Positions 49,603 to 58,593 of a stretch of 64,000 nt of DNA are shown here, piece by piece. This DNA comes from Pseudomonadota bacterium (GTDB taxonomy: Bacteria > Babelota > Babeliae > Babelales > CAIQNR01). The stretch spans positions 66,961 to 130,960 of the forward strand of contig JAIYDZ010000007.1 of the NCBI GenBank assembly GCA_027487215.1, in the 5' to 3' direction. The notes under the pieces are model-generated. The model saw only the letters and a program-made list of their open reading frames with translations, made no database searches and had not been told where the DNA came from. Position 1 is the first letter of the stretch. The number at the start of each line of letters is the position of its first letter. The position numbers and the translations under genes are program-made.

Positions 49603-51099
49603 TTATTTATCGGTAAATTGTTTCATAAAGTCATAAAGCTGTGTTCTATCCATAACATCACTTGTTCTTCCGACCACTTTGCCTCTCTTAAGAACTACAA
49701 AGTGAGGAACTGAGGGAGCGTTATAACGTTTTACAATATCAAACGCAATTGCCGCATCAACCTTAAAAAATACTGCTTTTTCTGAAAGCTTTGTTGCCGC
49801 CCACTGTACCACCGGCAACATGTGCATACATGAAGGACAGGTTGAAGCATAAAAATCAAGTACAATAAGCTTCTCTGAACCTATGTCTTCAATATATTCA
49901 TCAAGAACACCTGTTGAAGTAATAGACTCAACTTCAATCTTATTATCAAGCTGTGGATCAAAAAAGAATGGCTCCAGTTTTTGAGCCACTTGCCCATTAA
50001 AACCAATATCACTGAGCCACCACATGGCATCAAGACCAGCCTTAATGCCATCTCCAGCTGCAACGCCTGCCTGTTTATAACGAGGATCAGAAACATCTCC
50101 TGCAGCAAAAACCCCTGCTAACGAAGTTTCTTGAGTACGGCCTTTTAAGGTGACATATCCCATAGAGTCAGTTTGAACGTAGTCTTTAACCATATGACTA
50201 TTAGGACTATGACCAATTGCTAAAAAGACTCCTCGTACATTTTCCCAGAAATCTCTTGCCTTAGTTTCTGTATTAACAATGTCAACGCCACTGACATGGC
50301 CATCAACGCCATGAATCTTAGTAACTGCATAATTATACATTACTTTAACGTTAGAGCACTGCTTAAGCCTTTCTGCCATTGCTGGAGACGCCCTCATTAC
50401 AGAACCTCGAACAAGCATTCTTACTTCACGAGCATATGCAGAGAGCTCTAAACATTCTTCTACGGCAGAATCTCCACCACCAATAACAACAACTGTATCA
50501 CCCTTATGATAAGGAGCATCACAAATTGCACAGGTGGTTACTCCATGCCCCCAGTATTCACTTTCACCAGGAACGTTTAACTTTTTAGGAGTTGCCCCTG
50601 TTCCTACAAAAAGAGAAAGTGCATGAAGGGTCTTTCCTTCTTCTGTTTTGACTGTATAAGGCCACGAGCTTAAATCAATACTTACCGCCGCATCGCTGAC
50701 CATAATAGCCCCAAAACGAGCAGCCTGAATCTCAAAATCTTTTACTACCTCTGCACCACGAATTTTCCTGATTGCTGGCCAGTTTTCAATATAAGAAGTA
50801 CCAGTTAACTGGCCCCCTGGTTGATTACCTTTTAAAACAACGGTTCTAATACGTGTCCGAGCCCCATAAAGTGCAGCCGCCAAAGAAGCTGGACCTGAAC
50901 CCAAAACAAGAAAGGGAACAAGATTGTCCATCCCTATTATTTTATCGATATTAATATCGCCTGCCTCAACAGAAGGTCCTCTTTTTACTTTTGCAGCTTG
51001 ATTACTATGCGGGTAATACTTCCAAAAAAAGCCTCCTGCAGCCCCTATAAAAAGAACTACCCCTAACAATGCTGCCAGCTTTTTTTCCGTAATGAACAT
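49603..51099 (-). CDS. trxB: membrane-anchored thioredoxin reductase fused to a C-terminal thioredoxin domain
   Basis: ATG 51099 follows GGAGG. TM helix LAALLGVVLFIGAAGGFFW, FAD site LVLGSGPASLAAA, redox CAIC (nt 50521-50532), VIGGGDSAVEE and GVFAAGD. Then a Trx fold with CPSC (nt 49828-49839) in LIVLDFYASTCPSCMHM. Confidence 0.85.
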   Translation of the reverse strand: MFITEKKLAALLGVVLFIGAAGGFFWKYYPHSNQAAKVKRGPSVEAGDINIDKIIGMDNLVPFLVLGSGPASLAAALYGARTRIRTVVLKGNQPGGQLTGTSYIENWPAIRKIRGAEVVKDFEIQAARFGAIMVSDAAVSIDLSSWPYTVKTEEGKTLHALSLFVGTGATPKKLNVPGESEYWGHGVTTCAICDAPYHKGDTVVVIGGGDSAVEECLELSAYAREVRMLVRGSVMRASPAMAERLKQCSNVKVMYNYAVTKIHGVDGHVSGVDIVNTETKARDFWENVRGVFLAIGHSPNSHMVKDYVQTDSMGYVTLKGRTQETSLAGVFAAGDVSDPRYKQAGVAAGDGIKAGLDAMWWLSDIGFNGQVAQKLEPFFFDPQLDNKIEVESITSTGVLDEYIEDIGSEKLIVLDFYASTCPSCMHMLPVVQWAATKLSEKAVFFKVDAAIAFDIVKRYNAPSVPHFVVLKRGKVVGRTSDVMDRTQLYDFMKQFTDK

Positions 51100-51210
51100 T
51101 CGCTCCTCCGTATCCACGATGAAAACACGAGATTTTGGTTTATTGTGCGCCAGTATATCAAAAAGAATTAATAAAGATGACCTTATTTTATAAAAGTCGC
51201 TAAAGGGTCT

Positions 51211-51239
51211 TTGACAAGCCCTTACTGGTCACGTATTCT
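51211..51239 (+). promoter_or_regulatory. candidate sigma70-type promoter of the FtsH-like gene
   Basis: TTGACA (51211-16), a 17-nt spacer, then TATTCT (51234-39), about 60 nt upstream of ATG 51298. Confidence 0.4.
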
Positions 51240-51297
51240 TTAAATACTTTTCATAAAAAAATGACGGCTCTCAAAGCCATAAAATAGGGGTGTTTTT

Positions 51298-54200
51298 ATG
51301 CTGTTAACTCGGATGTTAAATAAGCTTATTAAGAAAATTTTTTTTATAGCGCTCTGTACTCTTTCTTTCAATTCAACCTACGCATTACTGCCAATGAGAA
51401 TGGGGCTAGAAAATCAAGCGTCCGCCTTAGATGAAGACAAAGTGCTTCAAGCTCGAGTCCTTCAACAAATTGACGCTCTCTTACTGTTTATTCCTTCAGC
51501 CGGCTCACGCCTACAAACACTCAAGCTTTCAAAAGAAAAAGTAACTGAAATTAGAGAAATGCTTACCGATCTTCAAAAAAGTTTACAACTTCACAAAGCA
51601 CGCGCAACATTCAATGCAGACAAAGAAAAACTGGCAAAACTTTCACTTTTGCTCAATGGTCTTACCAAAGCAATCCATGTATCTCTAACAAAATCATTTT
51701 CAAAAATGCCAGATGTCAATCCCGCAGACATCAATCGATCGATCAAAGAGATAACGCCCGAACAAATGAATCAGTTGATGGAAGAAACTGAGAAAAATTT
51801 AAATGACTTTCAGCACCTTGTTAACAACATGGGAAAAAACATTTTTAATCGTTGGTACACCAAAGCATCAGACTGGTGGAATAAACCCTTATTTACAATT
51901 TCTTCATTCAGCCAAAAAAACGCTCAAGTCTATCCCTGGTCAATTGTTAAACGCGCATTTTCTTACAGTGGCACTATTGCTTTAACAGTACACAATTTAC
52001 CTGAAGCGCAGCTGCAATCAATTTCAAACAGTTACGTACGATCATGGGCACTTGCCATTAAAGGATTAGTCGGCGATTCTCCTATTGCAACTCAAATAAG
52101 CAAACATGAAAAATATCATGAAGTAAAAGTCGACGAAGATTATGGGTGGACAATTGGAGGAACCACTCTTCCACACAATACTTCACAAGAAAAAATTATA
52201 TATGAAGACGGCTTAAATCCAATTGATCAACAAGGATTACCTCTTGCCTATTATATGACTACCCCTGAAGGAAGAACTTGGAACGAAAAATCCTATATAT
52301 CGCTTACTATTGAAAACGGAAAAATTACTCCTAAAAAAGCTTTAGAAGATGGAAAAAGATATTTTGTTGATGCTGGCAACGGTATGACGATCCCTTTTAA
52401 TAACACAGATGCCGAGATAATTTTAGGATCTCTCCAATTTAAAGGTCGCACTCTATTTGAACCATTCCCAGTACCAAAAGAAAGTCTCGTAAGAAGCTTC
52501 TTTGGTGAAACAACAAACAAAAAAACATACAGAGAACTTCTAGAAATCTTAAACAATAAAACTATTGCTCAAGATTTCGAAAAATTTACAAGAGCTACAA
52601 TGATAACAGACACTTCTAATGGACGTGTTCTTCAAGAATTTGAACCCGGCAGATTTAGATTCCTTGGAACTAACATTCCAGCTATACCATCTTCTGACAC
52701 TCTAAATAATCCAAATCGTATACTTCCAACTTTCAATGCCTGGAATAAAGATTTTCAATGGGAAGGTAAAACAATCGATCCCCTTCTTGTTAATCAAACT
52801 AATAAAGGCGAGCTCGCTCAATCTGTTGATAGCTCTGAGCCATTTGATAAATCTCCTCGCACTGGTGTTCTTAACTTTATCCGTAATAACTTGAGTTTTC
52901 TTGCTCATATTGATTTTAAAGCTAATTTTTTAAACGTCGCAGTAGGACCATTTGTTGCAAAACAAATTTACGATGACATTAAAATTCTTAAGGAAGAACT
53001 TCCCCTTGTTGCTGCTAACGTGCATAGAAAATTACGTGGTGAACAAGGAACATTCGTAAAAGCAAACGAACAAGAAACACCAAAAGAAACATTCGATGAT
53101 ATCGTAGGAAGAGAAGATATCAAAAAACAACTCCAACCTATTATTGATTTTGTTTCAAATCCAGAACGCAGCATTCAAGAAGGAATTGCAATTCCTCGCG
53201 GCTACCTTTTTGCGGGTGAACCTCAAACTGGTAAAAGTTTAATGGCTAAAGCTGTAGCAGGAGAAATTGCTAAAGCACTTACCGCTCAAGGTAAAAAAGA
53301 ATGTAAATTCTGGGCGCTTGATGTTGGATTTCTTATGACTAATGGTATTGGTTATTGCGTGGAATATATTAAGGCATATAACCTTGCTCCATGTGTACTT
53401 TTCTTAGATGAATTTGATTTAACCGGTGCTCAACGTAATGAAAATAAAAAATTCTTAGCAGATGCTTTAACTGCTATTAATGGATACACAACTTCCTCTG
53501 ATTTAAGTGAACTTATTATCTTCATTATTGCAACCAATAGACCAGAACATATCGACTATGCAATTCGTGCAGATGGTCGTTGTGGCACTATGATCTACTT
53601 TGAAAATCCTTATTATGATGCGCGAAAAAACTTTTTCAAAAGCTTCTTTGAAAAAAGATTTTTTGACCTCAATAATTTTGATCTTGATGTCTTAGCACAA
53701 GAAACGGAAGCCTGTTCCTATAGCACACTTACAAAGATTATCGAACAGACTGCAAGCATTGCAAAAAACAAAGCTGAAATACCATCACAAAAACATGCAA
53801 ATGAAGCTCTTGATATCGTAGTGCGAAAAGTAATTGCCGACGCTGATGAAATTCCTCAAGAAAAACGTCAAGTCATTGCTGCTCGCTATGGGGCTAAAGC
53901 ACTTGCGTCAGTCACCTTATCGCCAGAGAAGAAATTCACTGGTGTCAGCATTATGAAAATGACTGAGAAAATTAAGGAAAAACACGTACTACAACATTAT
54001 GAAGCCGTCGCTGATGCTGATGAAAAAACAGGTGTTCGTTTTGGTGGAATCTTTAGTTACCACAGTATTGATACCTATCATCTGATTTCAAATGCAGAAC
54101 GTATTAAAGAGTGTAAAATTGCTATTGCAGGAACAGTAGGCCAAAAAGTACTTGGGCTTGATTATATTGCATATGGAGAAGATGAAACAGAAGCACTTAC

Positions 54201-54726
54201 AATCGCACGACGTATCATCTTTAATGGATGTGATGAAAAACTATTACCTCGCAAAATAAGAGAACAAAAACTAGAGCAAGCATATTTGCTTGTGGAACAC
54301 TGTCGCAAAGAGATGGAAGAACTCATTGAATCTCGCAAGCAAGAGTTTGCGCACTTTGTAGACCTTCTACAACGTCGTCAGGTGCTGCGTGCAAGTGACG
54401 TGAAACAATGCTTTAAATTGAATAACTTTGATTTAATCAGCGATTATTTTGCTACACAAAAACCTGGTCATCCTGACGCTCAACCTTCTAGTGTTTCTTT
54501 CACTCAAGCTTCAAGTGAACTAAGTGGTCCAAGCAATCTTCCTGAATATACCACAGAAGATGAAGAACTTGATGCAATTGAGGAAGAAGAAGAAGAAGAG
54601 AACCAATCAATTGCCGGTCACACGATTTCTAGAGTTGCAAATGTTTCTCAAGATATTGCACGCGAAGAAGAAAAGAATAAGCAAGAAGAAAACCGTCAGA
54701 GCCAAGATCAGTTAAACGACGAGTAA
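51298..54726 (+). CDS. FtsH-derived AAA+ ATPase with degenerate M41 protease domain and long N-terminal extension
   Basis: N-terminal hydrophobic segment. Walker A GEPQTGKSLMAKAVAGE (nt 53215-53238), Walker B CVLFLDEFD (53395-53418) and IIATNRPEHID. The HEAGH position reads ARYGAK (53884-53898). Acidic tail EDEELDAIEEEEEEEN. Confidence 0.8.
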   Translation: MLLTRMLNKLIKKIFFIALCTLSFNSTYALLPMRMGLENQASALDEDKVLQARVLQQIDALLLFIPSAGSRLQTLKLSKEKVTEIREMLTDLQKSLQLHKARATFNADKEKLAKLSLLLNGLTKAIHVSLTKSFSKMPDVNPADINRSIKEITPEQMNQLMEETEKNLNDFQHLVNNMGKNIFNRWYTKASDWWNKPLFTISSFSQKNAQVYPWSIVKRAFSYSGTIALTVHNLPEAQLQSISNSYVRSWALAIKGLVGDSPIATQISKHEKYHEVKVDEDYGWTIGGTTLPHNTSQEKIIYEDGLNPIDQQGLPLAYYMTTPEGRTWNEKSYISLTIENGKITPKKALEDGKRYFVDAGNGMTIPFNNTDAEIILGSLQFKGRTLFEPFPVPKESLVRSFFGETTNKKTYRELLEILNNKTIAQDFEKFTRATMITDTSNGRVLQEFEPGRFRFLGTNIPAIPSSDTLNNPNRILPTFNAWNKDFQWEGKTIDPLLVNQTNKGELAQSVDSSEPFDKSPRTGVLNFIRNNLSFLAHIDFKANFLNVAVGPFVAKQIYDDIKILKEELPLVAANVHRKLRGEQGTFVKANEQETPKETFDDIVGREDIKKQLQPIIDFVSNPERSIQEGIAIPRGYLFAGEPQTGKSLMAKAVAGEIAKALTAQGKKECKFWALDVGFLMTNGIGYCVEYIKAYNLAPCVLFLDEFDLTGAQRNENKKFLADALTAINGYTTSSDLSELIIFIIATNRPEHIDYAIRADGRCGTMIYFENPYYDARKNFFKSFFEKRFFDLNNFDLDVLAQETEACSYSTLTKIIEQTASIAKNKAEIPSQKHANEALDIVVRKVIADADEIPQEKRQVIAARYGAKALASVTLSPEKKFTGVSIMKMTEKIKEKHVLQHYEAVADADEKTGVRFGGIFSYHSIDTYHLISNAERIKECKIAIAGTVGQKVLGLDYIAYGEDETEALTIARRIIFNGCDEKLLPRKIREQKLEQAYLLVEHCRKEMEELIESRKQEFAHFVDLLQRRQVLRASDVKQCFKLNNFDLISDYFATQKPGHPDAQPSSVSFTQASSELSGPSNLPEYTTEDEELDAIEEEEEEENQSIAGHTISRVANVSQDIAREEEKNKQEENRQSQDQLNDE

Positions 54727-54755
54727 ATCTTCTTTCATTAAAATAACTGATAGTT

Positions 54756-54796
54756 AAAAAAAAGCCTTTGAGGTTCATTCTTCAAGGGCTTTTTTT
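54756..54796 (+). terminator. rho-independent terminator of the FtsH-like gene
   Basis: GCCTTTGA (54764-71) pairs with TCAAGGGC (54782-89), including one G-U pair. Flanked by an A-run and TTTTTTT. Confidence 0.8.
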
Positions 54797-54919
54797 ATGA
54801 CTTTCATAGCACATCTTTTTCAATTTAAGCTCGAAAACTCTGATGCCTTGCAGTGATAGTATTCTTTTTTATACAGTAAACATGTAGGGGAAAGTATCTA
54901 AATGGTGGGGGAGGCTCTC

Positions 54920-55519
54920 ATGAAAAAATTTTTATTCTTTATCTTCTTTTGTATTATTGCGATCAATGATGGAAAAATAAAAGCAGCACAAATTTCGTTA
55001 GACCAACAGTTAACAGGACTTACCAATGCACTTGCCACTAAAAACTATTTTTCAGCCTCAGAGGCTCTTAAAAATCTTACTGCCATTCTGAAAACAAAGG
55101 TACAATTTTCCCTTAAAGGTGGGGAATCGAGCTTTTACACCTATGTTTCTAAGAGTGTTGATGTTGGTGATGTTATGAGACCTGATGTTCAGAAAGCACT
55201 CCATGAAGTGTTTGACTGTATCGACAAGGTCCAAAAAGTAATAGATGAAATTTCTAATGTTTACCGAACAAACTCTTTGTTACTTACACAAAATATTAGC
55301 AACACAATGAGGCTCAACCAAATAAATCTCAAAGAAATCCTCTCAAAGCAGATCCAAAACTCAAACCCAGCAGTCAGAGGATTTGAGATGCTTGGATTTA
55401 ATCTCCTAGTAATGACCGCCTATCAAGAGTTTACGTCTGTTGCGTATCAATTTATAAGAGATGTTCTGCGTGCACAAACTGACTACATTCTCTTTGAACG
55501 ATATACACCTAAAAAATAA
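54920..55519 (+). CDS. secreted helical hypothetical protein, tandem paralog A
   Basis: ATG 54920 after GGGGGAGG. The N-terminus ...FFCIIAINDGKIKAAQI and the C-terminal block LSKQIQNSNPAVRGFEMLGFN...QFIRDVLRA are shared with the next gene. Confidence 0.6.
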   Translation: MKKFLFFIFFCIIAINDGKIKAAQISLDQQLTGLTNALATKNYFSASEALKNLTAILKTKVQFSLKGGESSFYTYVSKSVDVGDVMRPDVQKALHEVFDCIDKVQKVIDEISNVYRTNSLLLTQNISNTMRLNQINLKEILSKQIQNSNPAVRGFEMLGFNLLVMTAYQEFTSVAYQFIRDVLRAQTDYILFERYTPKK

Positions 55520-55566
55520 ATTGTGACTTTAAAAGAGTTCTCGTTTTTTACAGGGGGTAAAAATCT

Positions 55567-56175
55567 ATGAATAAATCTCTTATCTATAGTTTTCTTTGTA
55601 TTATTGCAATCAACGATGGCAAAATAAAAGCCGGTCAAATTGACGGCGCAACAATTAATGAAAAACAACAGGTAGAACTCTTAAAAAATGCTCTTACTCA
55701 AAACAAACTGAATGATGCGCATGATGCACTCAAAAAACTAACGGCAAGACTTAAATTTAAAGCGTATTCTACTTTAAATGATAAATCTGCAGGGCTTTAT
55801 ACCTATCTTAAAACACCACCTGAACAACAAAAACTTATAAAAGATTCCACTGAAAAAATATTACACGAAATGTATGAATTTATTGAGAGCGTTAAAGCAG
55901 TGATGGATCCTGCTCTTGAAGTTGCAAAAAGTCATGCTACTTTACTTGCAACAATGATGAATACTTATAAAGATGGTCCAGAGATGGCACTCAAAGAAAC
56001 GCTTTCAAAGCAACTGCCAGCATCAAACCCTGTAGTAACCGTATTTGATACGTTACAATTTAATACACTTACTAAACTGTACTATGAAGAGTTTGTAACG
56101 GTAGCAAATCAGTTTGTCAGAGATGTTATGCGAGCAACAATCGACTTTGTAACTTTTGGTGGCCATAAAGCTTAG
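55567..56175 (+). CDS. secreted helical hypothetical protein, tandem paralog B
   Basis: RBS GGGGG. ...FLCIIAINDGKIKAGQI and LSKQLPASNPVVTVFDTLQFN...QFVRDVMRA are colinear with paralog A. Confidence 0.6.
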   Translation: MNKSLIYSFLCIIAINDGKIKAGQIDGATINEKQQVELLKNALTQNKLNDAHDALKKLTARLKFKAYSTLNDKSAGLYTYLKTPPEQQKLIKDSTEKILHEMYEFIESVKAVMDPALEVAKSHATLLATMMNTYKDGPEMALKETLSKQLPASNPVVTVFDTLQFNTLTKLYYEEFVTVANQFVRDVMRATIDFVTFGGHKA

Positions 56176-56594
56176 CCTTCAATTAAATCTATGCGTTCCT
56201 GATATTTTCCACCAATAAAGTCAGTCGAAAGCCATGCTTGAACCATTGCAACCGCATCTTCAGAGCTTACAAAATCTGCAGGAATAACAAGAATGTTTGC
56301 ATTATTGTGTCGTCGTGAAAGCTTTGCCACTTCAATATTCCAAGCAAGAGCAGCGTATATACCAGAAAATCGGTTGGCTGCAATCGACATCCCGATTCCG
56401 CTGCCACATAACAAAACTCCCCGTTGCGCTCTTTCGGAACGCAACGAGTCAACAACTTTTTTCACAAACACAGGAAAATCACAACGTACCGGCGAATCAC
56501 ACCCCACATCATTCCACTTATATTCAGACAGAGACATAAGAATGTCCTGCTTATGAGAAAATCCGCGGTGATCAGCTCCAATAACAAGATTCAT
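56172..56594 (-). CDS. rpiB: ribose-5-phosphate isomerase B
   Basis: LVIGADHRGF and LCGSGIGMSIAANR are RpiB/LacAB family motifs. 140 aa. Confidence 0.9.
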   Translation of the reverse strand: MNLVIGADHRGFSHKQDILMSLSEYKWNDVGCDSPVRCDFPVFVKKVVDSLRSERAQRGVLLCGSGIGMSIAANRFSGIYAALAWNIEVAKLSRRHNNANILVIPADFVSSEDAVAMVQAWLSTDFIGGKYQERIDLIEG

Positions 56595-57256
56595 GAAATC
56601 TGCTCTTGGCTATCCATTTCTGGAGCAGATGTTGCCGATTCTTCTTTTGGCAAATCCCATGCAACGGCTGAATGATATTTAGGAGTGCTGCACACCAGTT
56701 CTATACGTGAAACACCCTCAAGAATATCTCGACCTTCAGTGTCTTGACGCTCGAAACGAATTTCATACGGACGTTTATGATTGGTCAAACGTTTTCCAAA
56801 AAATCTGTTGTATTCTGGAGAAAGCTCAATAGCTTTTATTTCAAGTGGTTGATACGCAACATCACCGATTTTTAGATAAATTGACCAGACAGCCGGCTTA
56901 AGGTTTAAAGGAACCTGATGAGTACTCAGTACATAAAATGAAACAAAGTGTTCATTAGTTTTAAGTTGTCTACGCAGGAAAGTTAAATGAGCCTCTTGAG
57001 AACGGCCATGCATTGAACTAAATAGTTTTGAATACGCATCACGAATATCATCAGAAAGAAACAAAATATCAAACAACGCAACCGTCTCAAATTGGTCGTA
57101 AATTTTTATAGATCGCATGTATTTATCAACTGTAGCTTTATGGTCAGCGTGCTGCTTTCCTTGATCAAATGTTTCATTAGCCCAGTCAACTACTCCCCCA
57201 CAGCCAGGAAGCAAAACCATGCTCACGACTATGCATGCATGCATGAACACCTTCAT
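56591..57256 (-). CDS. hypothetical lipoprotein
   Basis: RBS AGAGG. Signal peptide with a lipobox-like LLPGC (MKVFMHACIVVSMVLLPGCGG). The stop overlaps the rpiB start (ATGA). Confidence 0.6.
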   Translation of the reverse strand: MKVFMHACIVVSMVLLPGCGGVVDWANETFDQGKQHADHKATVDKYMRSIKIYDQFETVALFDILFLSDDIRDAYSKLFSSMHGRSQEAHLTFLRRQLKTNEHFVSFYVLSTHQVPLNLKPAVWSIYLKIGDVAYQPLEIKAIELSPEYNRFFGKRLTNHKRPYEIRFERQDTEGRDILEGVSRIELVCSTPKYHSAVAWDLPKEESATSAPEMDSQEQIS

Positions 57257-57342
57257 ACTCGTACCTCTTTGTTATATACTTGTCACATTTAGTAGTACCA
57301 GTTAGCGTAAAAAAAATGATGCTACTTTACAAGGTAAATTCT

Positions 57343-58569
57343 ATGAGCATGAAAATTGCACGTTTCTTAGCATGGCGCTATATCACCGGTACAAGCGACT
57401 CAAACCGCATTAGTACCGTGGCAAAAATCTCTTTCTTAAGTGTTTTTACTGGAACAGCCTGCCTGGCTCTTGCAGTTTTTATTATGGCCGGGTTTGAACA
57501 GGTCCTTGCAGAAAAAATGCAAAACATTTATCCGCAACTCGTTCTTTCTGCTCCCAGCGACGGATGTTTTGACTATAAAGAACTAGAAAAACTTTTACAT
57601 ACACGCTATGAGGGGAAAATAACCCATACCGCTCCAGCTCACACAAAGCGCGTTATTTTACGATCAAAAAACTCATCTGCAACCTCAGTGGCAAACTTAA
57701 AAGCTATTGATCCTGATGCCGAGCCGCGTGTTTCTTCTCTTGAAAAAAAAGTACGTAATGTTTCTTTAAAAAATGCGCTTGTTGATAAAAAAATAATTAT
57801 TGGCACAAAACTGGCAGACTATCATAATCTTTCAGTCGGTGATGAATGCAGCCTTTTGTTTTGCGCTGATGAACAATCAGCTTCAGATGCACAATCATTT
57901 GAAACAGTACACGTAACTATTGGCGGCATTATGGATACGGGCATCATGCAATATGATAAATTTACCCTCATCTGTTCTCTTGCCATGGCACGCAAAGACC
58001 TGTCCGATGAAAGCATTACCCAAATTGGATTGAAACTTACACCAAGCACTGATGATGTTGCACTTGCACACACACTAGCAGATGATTTGGGCGTCGAATG
58101 CGATTCCTGGAAAACACTTTATCCGGCACTTGTTTCAGTTACTAAGCTTGAAAAATATGTGATGTTTTTGCTACTCATCTTGGTAACGCTAATTGCAAGC
58201 GCCAATATTATCGCACTCATTTTTATGCAGATCACTCAGAAAAAAACCGACATTGCTCTTCTTAAAGTAATGGGCATGAATCACTCAAGCGTAACTGCAA
58301 TTTTTGTTTTTATGGGGACAATCTTAGCCTCGTGTGCAGCGTTTAGTGGACTGTGTGCAGCACTACTTATTGGAATACTTCTTGAACAATATCCTTTTAT
58401 CACTCTTCCTGATGCCTATCTATGTACCCATTTACCCATTTATATTGAATGGCCTCTAGTTATCCTCATTTTTGCAGTCATTATTGTAATTAGTATGTGT
58501 GCCTCATTATTTGCAGCATACTCAACACGGTATATCAACTGCTCAACAACTCTTAGGTTTGAAGGATAG
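57343..58569 (+). CDS. lipoprotein-release ABC transporter permease, LolC/LolE (FtsX/MacB-type)
   Basis: ARFLAWRYITG...RISTVAKISFLSVFTGTACLALAVFIMAGFEQ, a large periplasmic loop and a C-terminal FtsX 3-TM bundle ending ...AAYSTRYINCSTTLRFEG. No lolD is adjacent. Confidence 0.85.
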   Translation: MSMKIARFLAWRYITGTSDSNRISTVAKISFLSVFTGTACLALAVFIMAGFEQVLAEKMQNIYPQLVLSAPSDGCFDYKELEKLLHTRYEGKITHTAPAHTKRVILRSKNSSATSVANLKAIDPDAEPRVSSLEKKVRNVSLKNALVDKKIIIGTKLADYHNLSVGDECSLLFCADEQSASDAQSFETVHVTIGGIMDTGIMQYDKFTLICSLAMARKDLSDESITQIGLKLTPSTDDVALAHTLADDLGVECDSWKTLYPALVSVTKLEKYVMFLLLILVTLIASANIIALIFMQITQKKTDIALLKVMGMNHSSVTAIFVFMGTILASCAAFSGLCAALLIGILLEQYPFITLPDAYLCTHLPIYIEWPLVILIFAVIIVISMCASLFAAYSTRYINCSTTLRFEG

Positions 58570-58593
58570 TGTTTTTTAAAAAAGGGGATTTTT

